Part shown: piece after piece, positions 54,777-64,000 of the stretch
Position numbering within the stretch: position 1 is the first letter of the stretch
Layout of the letters: each line of letters opens with the position of its first letter
Source: Ostreococcus lucimarinus
Taxonomy: Eukaryota
Strand: one strand, 5' to 3'
Assembly (NCBI GenBank): GCA_000092065.1
Contig: CP000593.1
DNA: 64,000 nt
Notes under the pieces: model-generated
The model's database searches: none
Told to the model about the DNA's origin: nothing
The model's input: the letters and a program-made list of their open reading frames with translations, nothing else
Made by a program: the position numbers and the translations under genes

Positions 54777-56018
54777 ATCGCGGCGCGGCTGGACGCGCAC
54801 CTGACGCTGCCGCTGCTGGAGTTCGCGCTCGCGGAGGGCACGCACGATGCGAAGTCGCTGCGAGAGGCGAAGCTGGCGACGCTGGTGAAGACGAAGATGT
54901 GCGATTGGGCGGAGGAGGCGCGCGCGGAGGCGAGCGGGTCGGGATCGGCGGCGGAGGCGAAGGCGAGGCGGGACGCGACGGTGGAGGCGCACGCGGCGCT
55001 GGGGAAGGCGGCGGCGCGGGCGGTGAAGTTCGCGAGCGATGGGGCGCTGATCAAGAACTTGCGACGGGATAAGGCGGCGAACGCGAAGTTCGCGGAGGAT
55101 AATCACGGGGTGACGAGCGCGGACGTGGACGCGCTGTACAAGTTTGCCAAGTTTGAGTACGAGTGCGGCGATTACGAAAACGCCTCGGAGCACTTGGGCG
55201 CGGTGCAGTTGTTGAGCGCGGACAACGAGCGGTGCGAGAGCGCGCTGTGGGGGAAGTTCGCGGCGGACATTTTGTTGCGGAACTGGGGCGGGGCTCTGGA
55301 CGACATGAATAGGTTGCGAGACGCGTTGGAGAGCAACGCGAGCACGAGCAACCTCGTCAAGATGAAGCAGCGCGCGTGGTTGTTGCATTACGCCCTGTTC
55401 GTCTTCTTCAACCACCCGAACGGTCGCAACTTGATCATCGACGTGTTGTTCCAGGAGCGATACATGCAAGCGGTGCAACAAGAGGCGCCGCATTTGTTGC
55501 GTTACCTCGCCGTCGCCATCGTCGCCAACAAGAAGCGCCGCAACATGCTCAAAGACTTAGTGAAGATTATCCAGAGCGACGTGTACGACGATCCCGCGCT
55601 CGACTTCGTCGTCGCGGCCTTCGTCGACTACGACTTCTCCAAGACGCAAGAGATGCTGAAGAAGTGCGACGCGATGATTGAAAAGGATTTCTTTTTAATC
55701 GGCTGCAAGGACGCGTTTGACGAAAACGCTCGACAGTACGTCATCGAAAACTACTGCAAGGTGAACAAGCGCATCGACATCGCCAACTTGGCGCAAATGC
55801 TCGGTATGCCCGCCGCCGACGTCGAGGCCACCATCGCGACTCTCATCCGCGGCAGTAAGCTCAACGCGCGAATCGATTCCGAAGCCGGCTTCGTGCACGT
55901 GCACGTCGAGAAGAAATCCGTCAACGAGCAAATCATCGAAAAGACCAAAGCCTTGCTGTCCAAGACCACCGCCCTCACGCAAGCCGTGTTGGCCAACACC
56001 CAGGCGCAGGCGTATTAA
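54777..56018 (+). CDS. EIF3E: eIF3 subunit E (Int-6), exon 2
   Basis: ...YKFAKFEYECGDYENASEHL...WGKFAADILLRNW...WLLHYALFVFFNHPNGRNLIIDV...HLLRYLAVAIVANKKRR...VIEKTKAL... is collinear with eIF3e, including the PCI domain. The long upstream ORF (54111-) has no in-frame Met before this block. Confidence 0.85.
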   Translation: MAARLDAHLTLPLLEFALAEGTHDAKSLREAKLATLVKTKMCDWAEEARAEASGSGSAAEAKARRDATVEAHAALGKAAARAVKFASDGALIKNLRRDKAANAKFAEDNHGVTSADVDALYKFAKFEYECGDYENASEHLGAVQLLSADNERCESALWGKFAADILLRNWGGALDDMNRLRDALESNASTSNLVKMKQRAWLLHYALFVFFNHPNGRNLIIDVLFQERYMQAVQQEAPHLLRYLAVAIVANKKRRNMLKDLVKIIQSDVYDDPALDFVVAAFVDYDFSKTQEMLKKCDAMIEKDFFLIGCKDAFDENARQYVIENYCKVNKRIDIANLAQMLGMPAADVEATIATLIRGSKLNARIDSEAGFVHVHVEKKSVNEQIIEKTKALLSKTTALTQAVLANTQAQAY

Positions 56019-56097
56019 CGACAATTTGTCATCGTCAACGCACCGGTATAGTTCGCGCCGCGCCGCGTCCCTCGCGTCACTTCGCCTCGCGCGCGCG

Positions 56098-56475
56098 ATG
56101 TCCCCGCCCCTCCGTCGCCTCGCGCGCCTCGTCCCGCGCGTCGCCGACGCGCGCGCGTTCGCGTCCGGCGCGGGCAAAGACGTCGTCCGCCGCGACTCGA
56201 GCGACGTCGCGTCGTCGTCGTCGTCGTCGGACGCCAATCCTTGGCGACCGGTGGTGGACCGCGAGACGCGGCGCGTGTACTTTTGGAATCCTCGCACCGG
56301 CGAAACCTCCGCGGTCGGCGCGCCGCGCCCCGCGACGGAATTTTTAGCGGACGATCCAGGCGCGTCCGCGCGCGAGGGAATCGGGACGCAGATCGGGTCG
56401 GCGTTCGCGATGGGCGCGGGCGCGTCCCTCGGTTTCGCGGCGGTCGCCGTCGCGGCGAGAATCGCGTTCGGTTGA
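56098..56475 (+). CDS. Small protein with WW-like motif and C-terminal transmembrane anchor (hypothetical)
   Basis: MSPPLRRLARLVPRVADARAFAS looks like a presequence. PWRPVVDRETRRVYFWNPRTGETS fits W-x7-R-x-YFWN-x2-TGE-T, a WW-domain-like core. GTQIGSAFAMGAGASLGFAAVAVAARIAFG is a hydrophobic C-terminus. Confidence 0.45.
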   Translation: MSPPLRRLARLVPRVADARAFASGAGKDVVRRDSSDVASSSSSSDANPWRPVVDRETRRVYFWNPRTGETSAVGAPRPATEFLADDPGASAREGIGTQIGSAFAMGAGASLGFAAVAVAARIAFG

Positions 56476-56700
56476 TCGCGAGCGGTTCTTTAAAGACGCG
56501 ATCGATCGCGCGGATGGCGCGAACGCGCGTGGATCTCGTAGCGCGCTGTTGTTACAAAAGAATGGTTTCGTGGGTGCATCGCGGGATGGTTTCGTGAGCG
56601 CGTCGCGAGTTCGCGACGGGACGCCGACCTCGACGGCGTCCTCGCCGTTCCGACCAAATTTCACTCAAAAAATGTTTCGCCGACGCGCGACCGGTCCGCA

Positions 56701-57300
56701 TCACAGCGCGTCTCGCGAGGATAGACGACGAGAATAATCATCGCTCGACGGCGTCGTCGTCGCCGCCGCGCGCTCGAATTCTCGATCGGAATCTCGAAAT
56801 AAAATCCCGAGCGCCTCGAGCGCGGAGCCCCCGCGGGTCTGTAGAATTTCCTTCATCGGCGCCACCGAGGCGTAACCCACGCGAGGCTTCGCGCGTCGTT
56901 CGCCCTCGTCCGCGCGCGACGATTCCGACGAATCGTCGCGCCGTTCGATCCCGAGCGCGTCGAAATCTTGGAAAAGCGTCCCCGCGCGTTCTCGTTCTCG
57001 TTCTCGTTCTCGTCTCGGGACGTCCCGCGCGCGCGCCTCTTCGCTCTTCGCGCGCCGGTGCTTTCGCGCGTCGCGCGAGACCGCGCGCGGACGAAACTCG
57101 ACGCGCGCGTTCGCGTCCTCGCGCTTCGGCGCGCGTCGCGCGCGGCGCGGCGACGCCGGCGCGCTCGCGACGTCCCGTCGCGCCGCCGCGTCTCGCCGCG
57201 GCGAGGGCACCTTCACCCGGCTCGACGACGTTCCCATCGCCGGCGACCGCGCGAGCGCCGGAAGCGCGTTCCCGTGTTCGTCCGTGATCAGGCACATGCG
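56701..57300 (-). CDS. Possible gene for a low-complexity (RE)n-containing acidic/basic protein; unresolved
   Basis: The distal part of minus ORF 56701..57684 (...VAPMKEILQTRGGSALEALGILFRDSDREFER...) has moderate GC and a protein-like composition. The remainder is R-rich. It contains a (CGTTCT)n microsatellite at ~56991-57015. The start is not determinable. Confidence 0.2.
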   Translation of the reverse strand, partial: RMCLITDEHGNALPALARSPAMGTSSSRVKVPSPRRDAAARRDVASAPASPRRARRAPKREDANARVEFRPRAVSRDARKHRRAKSEEARARDVPRRERERERERAGTLFQDFDALGIERRDDSSESSRADEGERRAKPRVGYASVAPMKEILQTRGGSALEALGILFRDSDREFERAAATTTPSSDDYSRRLSSRDAL

Positions 57301-58085
57301 CCCGCGCGCGTCTCGGACGTCGCGCGCGAGGTGGCCGCGCCGACTGTCCGGAGACGCCCACCCCGAGCGCACGTCGCGAACTGCGGCGCGGCGTCGACCG
57401 CGACCGCTCGCGCGGCGACGCGCCGCGTCGATTTTCGTCGATTCGATCCTCGGCGGTATCGGAACGCGCCGATTCTCGGCGGTCTCGGAACGCGCGACGA
57501 GTCGGGAACCGATGGGCGCGGATTTTCGTTTGGTCGTTGCCAACGCTACGACGCGAACGCGCGCGACGCCTGACGACGCTACGACGCGAACGCGCGCGAC
57601 GCCACGCGCGCGACGAAAGAATACAAGGAATACGCGCCGCCGACGACGGCGAAGAACGCGACGACGGCGAAGGCGGCGAACCACTCGCGCGAGACGCGCG
57701 CGCCGTCGGCCGCGGCGGCGACGCCGTCGGCCGCGGCGGTCGGTTTCTTTTTCTTTTCGTTTTCGCGTCGTCGAGCCGCGCCGTTCGACGCGTCGCCGTC
57801 CGCGTCATCCCGCGACGCGTCTTCGCGCGCCGCGGCGACTTCGCGCGCTCGCAAGAACGCGTCGATCTCGGCCATTCGCCGCGCCTTCTTCTCGGCTTTG
57901 TCCAGCTCGCGGCGCCGCGTCGCCGTCGAGGGCGGTTTCGCCGCGTCGATCGAGGTCGTCGCCGTCGTCGCGGCGTCTTCGCTCGTCGTCGCGACGTCCG
58001 CGCGCGCGACGCGCATCGCGGCGCGGTCGACGCGCGCGGCACAGTGCCGCGCGAGGATCGAATCGATTCGCGTTCGTGCGTCGCG

Positions 58086-59405
58086 ATGTCGGCGTCGCGC
58101 GCGCTTCGTCGCGTCGTCGCGGGCGCGTCGAACGCGTCGCGACCCGCGCGCGGCGCGTCGGCGGTCGCGGACGCCGCGCCGCGCGTCGGCGGCGGCGAAG
58201 GGCGCGAATCGACGTCGTCGTCGATGCCGGCGTCGCGGTGGCGTCGCGGCGCGCGCGCGCGCGGCGCGTGCGACGGGACGACGTCGTCGCGGTGCGCGCC
58301 GTCGTCGTCGTACCTGGAGTCGAAGCGTCGACGCGCGGCGGTGGCGGCGGCGATCGCGCGGTCGACGCGCGCGGCGGCGGCGGCGGCGGCGCGGCGAGCG
58401 CGCGCGTGGGACGCGACGGCGCGCGCGGACGCGCGCGACGGCGCGTACCGCGACGACGGCGCGCGTCGCGTCGAAAAGTTGTCGCGGGTCGGCGTGCTGG
58501 GCGCGCCGAACGCGGGGAAGAGCGCGCTGGCGTGCGCGCTCGTCGGCGACGCGGTGAGCGCGGTGAGTCGAAAGACGAACACGACGCGGACGCGCGCGCT
58601 GGGGGTGCGCACGGTCGGGGACGCGCAGGTGGTGTTCGTGGACGCGCCGGGGATCGTGGGGCGCGAGCACTACAGGAACGCGGCGCACGCGAGAAAGGTG
58701 GAGGACGCGACGGCGCTGGCGAGCGAGTGCGACGCGTTGGTCTTCGTCGTGGACGCGGCGAGACAGTTGGAGCGACGGGATTTGCGCGTGCTGGAGGCGG
58801 TGCGAAAGACGCGAGCGGCGCTGGGGGAGATGCGCGCGCCGCCGGAGGCGGTGCTGGTGCTGAATAAGGTTGATAAGATTCCGAAGGAGCGACGCGCGGG
58901 GTTGACGAAGATGGTGGACGATTTCCGCGCCGCGGGGGATTTTGAATTCGCGCGCGTGTTTCCCGTCAGCGCGCTCACGGGGGCGGGAACGAGAGCGCTG
59001 ATGGATCACATCGTCGCCGGCGCTCGGGAGGCGCCGTGGGAGTTCGACGCGACGTCGACGAGCGATATGACGCCGGCGCAGAGGGCGCTGGAAATCGTGC
59101 GCGAGAGCGTGTACGACGGCGTGCACGAAGATTTACCGTACGGCATCGACATCGCGCACGTCTCGTGGGAAGACTTTAGAAACGGTGACGCGCGCATAGA
59201 GCAAAATATTTTAGTCGACACCGCGTCGCAGAGGAAAATAGTCGTCGGAAAGTCGGGCGAAGTCGTCGGGCGAATCGGCATCAACGCCAGAGCGATGCTC
59301 GAGCGCGCGCTCAATCGCAAAGTGCACTTGATCCTGAACGTGAGACTGAAGAAGAAGAAGAAGAACTATCGCAGCGATGACGTCGTGTTCGCGGAGCAGT
59401 ACTGA
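58086..59405 (+). CDS. ERA: GTPase Era (ERAL1-like) with C-terminal KH domain
   Basis: VGVLGAPNAGKSAL is G1. DAPG is G3. NKVD is G4. The KH fold is ...KIVVGKSGEVVGRIGINARAMLERALNRKVHLILNVRL. The ATG at 58086 (MSASRALRRVVAGAS..., presequence-like) lies inside a longer GC-driven ORF that opens at 57537. Confidence 0.8.
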   Translation: MSASRALRRVVAGASNASRPARGASAVADAAPRVGGGEGRESTSSSMPASRWRRGARARGACDGTTSSRCAPSSSYLESKRRRAAVAAAIARSTRAAAAAAARRARAWDATARADARDGAYRDDGARRVEKLSRVGVLGAPNAGKSALACALVGDAVSAVSRKTNTTRTRALGVRTVGDAQVVFVDAPGIVGREHYRNAAHARKVEDATALASECDALVFVVDAARQLERRDLRVLEAVRKTRAALGEMRAPPEAVLVLNKVDKIPKERRAGLTKMVDDFRAAGDFEFARVFPVSALTGAGTRALMDHIVAGAREAPWEFDATSTSDMTPAQRALEIVRESVYDGVHEDLPYGIDIAHVSWEDFRNGDARIEQNILVDTASQRKIVVGKSGEVVGRIGINARAMLERALNRKVHLILNVRLKKKKKNYRSDDVVFAEQY

Positions 59406-59542
59406 TTAGTCGTAGGCGTAGTCGTAGATGGACGCGGCGCGGACAACCTTCGGGGCGTCTCGTAGCGGTAAACAACAACAAATCAATCACAACTGCACAA
59501 TAACGTTAAACACGACGCGCCTCGCTTCGAAGCGCGACGCGA

Positions 59543-60484
59543 CTACACGGTTTTCAAAACCTTCGCGTCTTTCGTCTCTCTGGACGACGACTCAAAGTAC
59601 CTCCTCGTGGTTTCGATGACGGTGAAGTAAATCACCCCGCCCAAACCGATTTCCAGCGCGCGCGGCGCCGCGCCGCGAAAGAAAAACGACATCCCGAACC
59701 TCTCCTTCAGTCGTTTCAACCCCGCCAATCCCTTTGGATGCGTCTTGAGATCGATTCCCATCGAAGACGCGCACACGTGCGCCGTGCGCGAGACGTCAAA
59801 CGGCGTCGTCACCAATCCCGTGAGACCGCCCGCGACGCCGCCGATGATCGCCGTCTGTCGCTTCCCCAGCGCTCTCTTCTTCTTCGTCTTCTTCCCGCTC
59901 TCGTCCGCCGCCGCGCCCTCGATCGCCAGCGTCGCTCGTTTCATCGCCTCGAACGCGCTCATCTGGATCGTGTCGAACGGCAGTTCCCTCGCCAGAAAGC
60001 TTCCGAATCCCGCGAACAGCTCTCCTCGTCTCGCCGACAGCCTCGCCGCCGTCGCCAGGCTCAACCGCGACACTTGCATTCGCCGCGCGATCAGCTCCAT
60101 CGGCGCCAGCACCGCGCTCGACGCCAGCGCGCCGAGCATCGCCGCGATCGACGGGTCCAACCCGAGCGTGCTCTTCGCGCACTCGTACGCCGACATGAAC
60201 AACGCGGTGCCCGGCGCCGCGCCGAGCAGCTCCGCCGCGACGCCGCCGTACAGCCGGTCCGCGGTCAATCGCCCGCCCGCCTGCGCGCGCGTCTTGAGCG
60301 TGTTCAGCGGGAACAGCACGAGCTGGCACGCGATGCCGGCGCACGCGCCGCTCGCGATGCCGACGCGGAGGGAACGCGCGAACGACGGCGGTCGGTCGGT
60401 CGCCGACGACGAAGCGTCGCGGCGCGTTTCGCGGCGCGCGCGCGCGCGATCGGCGTCGGCAGGGACGCGGGAGGGAGGCGGCAT
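59543..60484 (-). CDS. Mitochondrial carrier family protein, S-adenosylmethionine-carrier-like (SAMC)
   Basis: Three carrier repeats are present. The first signature FPLNTLKTRAQAG resembles SAMC (FPLDTIKTRLQ). The ORF starts with ATG. Confidence 0.7.
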   Translation of the reverse strand: MPPPSRVPADADRARARRETRRDASSSATDRPPSFARSLRVGIASGACAGIACQLVLFPLNTLKTRAQAGGRLTADRLYGGVAAELLGAAPGTALFMSAYECAKSTLGLDPSIAAMLGALASSAVLAPMELIARRMQVSRLSLATAARLSARRGELFAGFGSFLARELPFDTIQMSAFEAMKRATLAIEGAAADESGKKTKKKRALGKRQTAIIGGVAGGLTGLVTTPFDVSRTAHVCASSMGIDLKTHPKGLAGLKRLKERFGMSFFFRGAAPRALEIGLGGVIYFTVIETTRRYFESSSRETKDAKVLKTV

Positions 60485-60661
60485 GCGCGCTCGACCCGGG
60501 CGTCGCCGTGCGCGCCGCGCGCGCGCGGCAGGGGCGCGGAGTGGCGCGCGATGGCGCGGCGATGGACGACGGGCGACGCCGCGAGCGAACGCGCGAGAGG
60601 GACGGAGACGCGAAGGAACGAATGCGCGGTCTTAGCGTTGAAACCGAGGCGCGTCGCGCGA

Positions 60662-63425
60662 TCACTCGAGCGACTTGGAGACGATCTCGAAGACGTTTTC
60701 GCTCAGACCCGTCTTGGCGGCGATGCGCTCGAGCTGCGCCTTCATCGCCGACGCGCGCGTCGGCTCGAATTTGCGCCAACGCGTAAACGCGGACACCATG
60801 CGAGAGGCGACTTGGCCGTTGAGATCGTCGAGCTCGAGGACGATGTCGGCGAGGAATTCGTAACCGGAGCCGTCGATGGCGTGAAAGTTGGTGGGAGAGG
60901 CGCAGAAACCACCGATGAGGGAGTACACTTTGTTGGGGTTCTTGATGTCGAAGGCGGAGCCGGCGGCGAGCGCGCGAACGTTGGCGAGGTTGTTCGGGAG
61001 CGACGACGCGGCTTGGATGCTGAGCCATTTGTTCATGACGAGCGGGTCGTGCGACCACTCGGCGTAAAACGCATCGATGGCTTTGATGCGTTCGTCGCAG
61101 TCTTTGCCGCTGAGCGCGCTCAGGGCGGCAATCTTATCCGTCATGTTGTCCGCGGCGACGTAGCGCTCGTACGTCATCGCGGCGATTTCCGGCGCGTCCA
61201 AATACGACAAATATCCGATGCACGCGTTTTTCAGCGATCGCGCGGCGCGATCGGCGGGTTCGTTCGAATACACCGCGGCGCTGTTCGCTTGCGCCGTGGC
61301 TTCCAACTCAGCGCGAAGCTCCGTGGCGAGCGTCTTCATGACAAAGTCGCGAGCGGCGTGCACGGCGGCGGGATCCACCGTGCCCTCTTCGAGCATGTCG
61401 CTCAGCTCGCCCTCGGAAGGCACCATCATGGCGCGCGCGATGAACGCCTTGTCCGCGTCGGCAGCCTTGGCGCCCGAAAGAATCGTGCGCATCGCCGCCG
61501 TGATGGCGTCGTTCATCTTGAATGACTGCTCGCCGCCCTTGATCAGATCCAGGCAGAGGTTTCTGAGCAGCGTCTGCCCAGCCTCCCATCGGTTGAACGC
61601 GTCCGAGTCGTTCGCCATGAGGAACAACAAGTCGTCTTGCGTCAAGTTGGTCGTCAAACGCACGGGCGCGCTGAAGTTGCGCAAGATGCTCGGCACGGGC
61701 TTGGCGTCGACGCCGGTGAAAGTGTACGTCGCCGAGGCTTGATCGAAACGAAGCACCGCCGTCGTGCCGTGGGATTTGCCGTCGATCGTGAGGTTCATGT
61801 CTGCACCGTCGGGACCAACGAGACCAACGGCGATCGGGCACAAGACCGGAACCTTGGAGTCTTGACCGGGCGTTTTCGGAACCACTTGCGAGCATTCGAG
61901 GGTGAACGTCTTCGCGGCGGCGTCGTAAGACCCGTTCGCGGTGACGCGCGGCGTACCCGCTTGGGAGTACCAGGGCTTGAACGTGGACAAGTCCGCACCG
62001 TTGGCGTCGCACATGGCGGCGAAGAAATCCTCCGTCGTCACCGCTTGACCGTCGTGACGTTCAAAGTACAAATCCATCCCCTTGCGGAACCCATCCTTGC
62101 CGAGGAGCGTCTCGTACATGCGCACGACTTCCGCTCCCTTTTCGTAAACTGTCACGGTGTAAAAGTTATCCATCTTAATGTACGATTCCCGGGCGAATCC
62201 GGTGCGCCATCGGACCCGCGTCTTGGGCGAATTGCGCCATGCGAAGGCGCGAGACGTCGCCGATGCGCTTGACGCCTCGCGAGTTCATATCCGCGCTGAA
62301 CTCTTGGTCTCTGTACACAGTCAGCCCTTCCTTGAGGGACAGTTGGAACCAATCACGACACGTCACACGGTTTCCAGTGTAGTTGTGAAAGTATTCGTGC
62401 GCCACGACACCTTCAATGGCGGCGTAATCGGCATCCGTGGCGCTCTGCGGCGTCGCCAACACGAGACGCGAGTTGAAAATGTTCAGCGACTTGTTCTCCA
62501 TGGCGCCCATGTTGAAATCGTCCACGGCGACGATGTTGAAAAGCTCCAAGTCGTACTCCAAACCATACGTGTCTTCGTCCCATTTCATGGATTTGATCAA
62601 GCTCGTCATCGCGTGCGCGCACTTGTCCAAGTTGTGCGTCTCGGTGAAGATGCGAAGCGTCACTTCTTTGCCCGTCATCGTCTTGAATTTATCCTCCACC
62701 ATCCCGAGATCACCCGCGACGAGCGCGAAAAGGTAACACGGTTTTGCCCACGGATCTTCCCACACGGTGAAGTGCTTACCACCCTCCAAATCTCCAGAAT
62801 CCACCAAGTTTCCGTTGCCGAGCAGCACCGGATACTTCGTCTTATCCGCCGTGATGCGCGTCGTGAATATCGACATCACATCCGGTCTATCTTGATAAAA
62901 CGTGATTCGTCGGAAACCTTCCGCCTCGCATTGCGTGCAAAAGTTCCCAGACGACTTATAAAGTCCCTCGAGCGCGGTGTTCTCTTGCGGCTTAATCGTC
63001 GTCGTCACTCGCAAATCAAACGCCTCCGTCGGCAGCGCGCGCAGCGTGATCCCCTTCCCCGTCCGTTCGTACGTCGTGAATTTCGCGCCGTCCACCTCGA
63101 TCGCCGCCAACTCCACCGATTCATCGCCGTTCAGGAACAACGATTTCCCATTCGCATCGTTCGCCGGTCGAACTCGAATCGTCGACGTCACCGTCGTCGT
63201 CGCCTCCCCGAGCTCAAAGTCCAAATTCACCCTTTCGAACGCGTACGCCGGTCGCTCGTAATCCTTCAGATATATCGTCTTCGGCGCCTCCGTCGGCGTC
63301 TCCGTCGCCGTCGTCATCGCGCGCGGCTTCACCGCGCTCGTTCGCGACGTCGCGTTCGATGGTTTCGGTCGTGACGTCAGCGCTCGAAACGCCGCGCTCG
63401 CGACGCCTCGCGCGCTCGATCGCAT
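60662..63425 (-). pseudogene. pepN: Aminopeptidase N (M1 family, bacterial/plastid PepN-like) split into two frames by a 1-nt indel near 62176-62190; either a sequencing error or a pseudogene
   Basis: ORF 62175..63545 gives ...[37 protein letters not shown]... (HEXXH+E) ...[16 protein letters not shown] and then stops. ORF 60662..62173 in the neighbouring frame gives (ESYIK)MDNFYTVTVYEKGAEVVRMYETLLG.... Deleting one nt in cgcCCGGGaatcg yields [14 protein letters not shown], collinear with E. coli PepN [14 protein letters not shown]. The ATG at 63425 precedes a transit-peptide-like region. Confidence 0.7.
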
Positions 63426-63698
63426 CGTCGGCGCCGACGCTCGCTCGGGCGTCGTCTCGGGGATTCGTCGCGGCGCGCGCGAGCGTCCGGGCGCGCGTCG
63501 TCGTCGCGCTGTGCGGCGCCGAGCGCGACTGCGAGCGAAAAGCACACTTTCCAGCGCTTCAAAACGCGGCGACGCGGCGCGCGTCGCGTCGAGCGCGACC
63601 GCGGCGCGCGCGCGCGTCGCGAAGGCTTTATAACGGGCGCGCGCGGCGTCGGCGCGCGGAATCGCCGCGCGACGCGCGCGAAAGACGGCGAAACGTCG

Positions 63699-64000
63699 AT
63701 GGTGGAAAACTCGTCCGCGACGGGGACGACTCGAGAAACGTACGAAAGCGCCAAGCGCGCGCGCGAAGACGCGCGAACGGAGATCGCCATGGATGCCGTG
63801 CGCCGCGCGGGCGACGCAGACGCGTCAACGAGCGCGACGGTGAGGGATGGGGAGGTGTTTTCGAAGAATTTGTACTTTGAGCACCCGTCGACGACGGCGC
63901 GAAGCGCGAGAGCGACGGAAGACGCGATGCGAGCGCGCGGCGTGCGCGTGGTGCGAGGGGCAGATGTGCCCAAAATCGTGACGACGTTCGAGGAGGCGTC
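63699..64000 (+). CDS. DEAD-box RNA helicase (DDX5/Dbp2-like), N-terminal part; continues beyond the window
   Basis: MVENSS...[50 protein letters not shown] matches the conserved pre-Q-motif block FEKNFY.EHP...E.E.YR....I.V.G...PKPV..F.EA. It is open to the window end. Confidence 0.6.
   Translation, partial: MVENSSATGTTRETYESAKRAREDARTEIAMDAVRRAGDADASTSATVRDGEVFSKNLYFEHPSTTARSARATEDAMRARGVRVVRGADVPKIVTTFEEA

Noticed and set aside
1-64000. CRISPR arrays, rRNA genes, and prokaryotic operon structure.
   Set aside because: None were seen. The window is eukaryotic nuclear DNA, with introns, TGTAA signals and eukaryote-specific proteins (CCT6, CDH1, eIF3e, MLH1). The only tandem repeats are short microsatellites.

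Overview
This is a gene-dense, very GC-rich (~65%) eukaryotic nuclear segment, most consistent with a Mamiellophyceae green alga (Micromonas/Ostreococcus-like). Three things point that way: it encodes EF-like EFL rather than EF-1alpha, TGTAA poly(A) signals sit downstream of genes, and the few introns are short. About 40 protein-coding genes are supportable on both strands. The clear calls are Bub3 (partial), an NFACT/Rqc2-like protein, an ELIP/LHC-like protein, Nudix, SDR, dihydroorotase, fibrillin, CCT6, asparaginase, three mitochondrial carriers, EFL, Xaa-Pro aminopeptidase, MLH1, an ALKBH8-like AlkB+Trm9 fusion, a CS-domain protein, NDRG, an SF1 helicase, a DENN protein, SPCS3, tafazzin, CDH1/FZR, a 4-RRM CID-like protein, TraB, a COG0523/ZNG1 GTPase divergently paired with a ZIP transporter, JmjC, CYP97, PP2C, eIF3e, Era, PepN-like M1 aminopeptidase, and a partial DEAD-box helicase. 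Most genes are intronless. By protein alignment I found 5'-proximal introns in CCT6, MLH1, aminopeptidase P, eIF3e and one small gene. Their donors are GTGCG(T/A), or GC in one case, with an ACTGAC branch motif and a CAG acceptor. A 7-codon micro-exon in eIF3e and a cryptic first exon in MLH1 would be missed by pure ORF calling. The most unusual region is a ~2 kb low-GC island at ~41.2-43.2 kb. It carries an intron-containing tRNA-Asn-like sequence that heads a ~220-bp SINE-like repeat, with a 5'-truncated second copy at ~47.4 kb. It also carries a free-standing GIY-YIG endonuclease ORF and inverted repeats, which suggests a mobile or foreign insertion. Other notable items are a cluster of TGTCGACA palindromes in the ZNG1/ZIP bidirectional promoter, a frameshifted PepN gene, and a 39-bp direct repeat in the CDH1 promoter. 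The many long arginine/alanine-rich ORFs elsewhere are GC-driven artefacts, mostly antisense to real genes. Hand-derived splice coordinates may be off by 1-2 nt.
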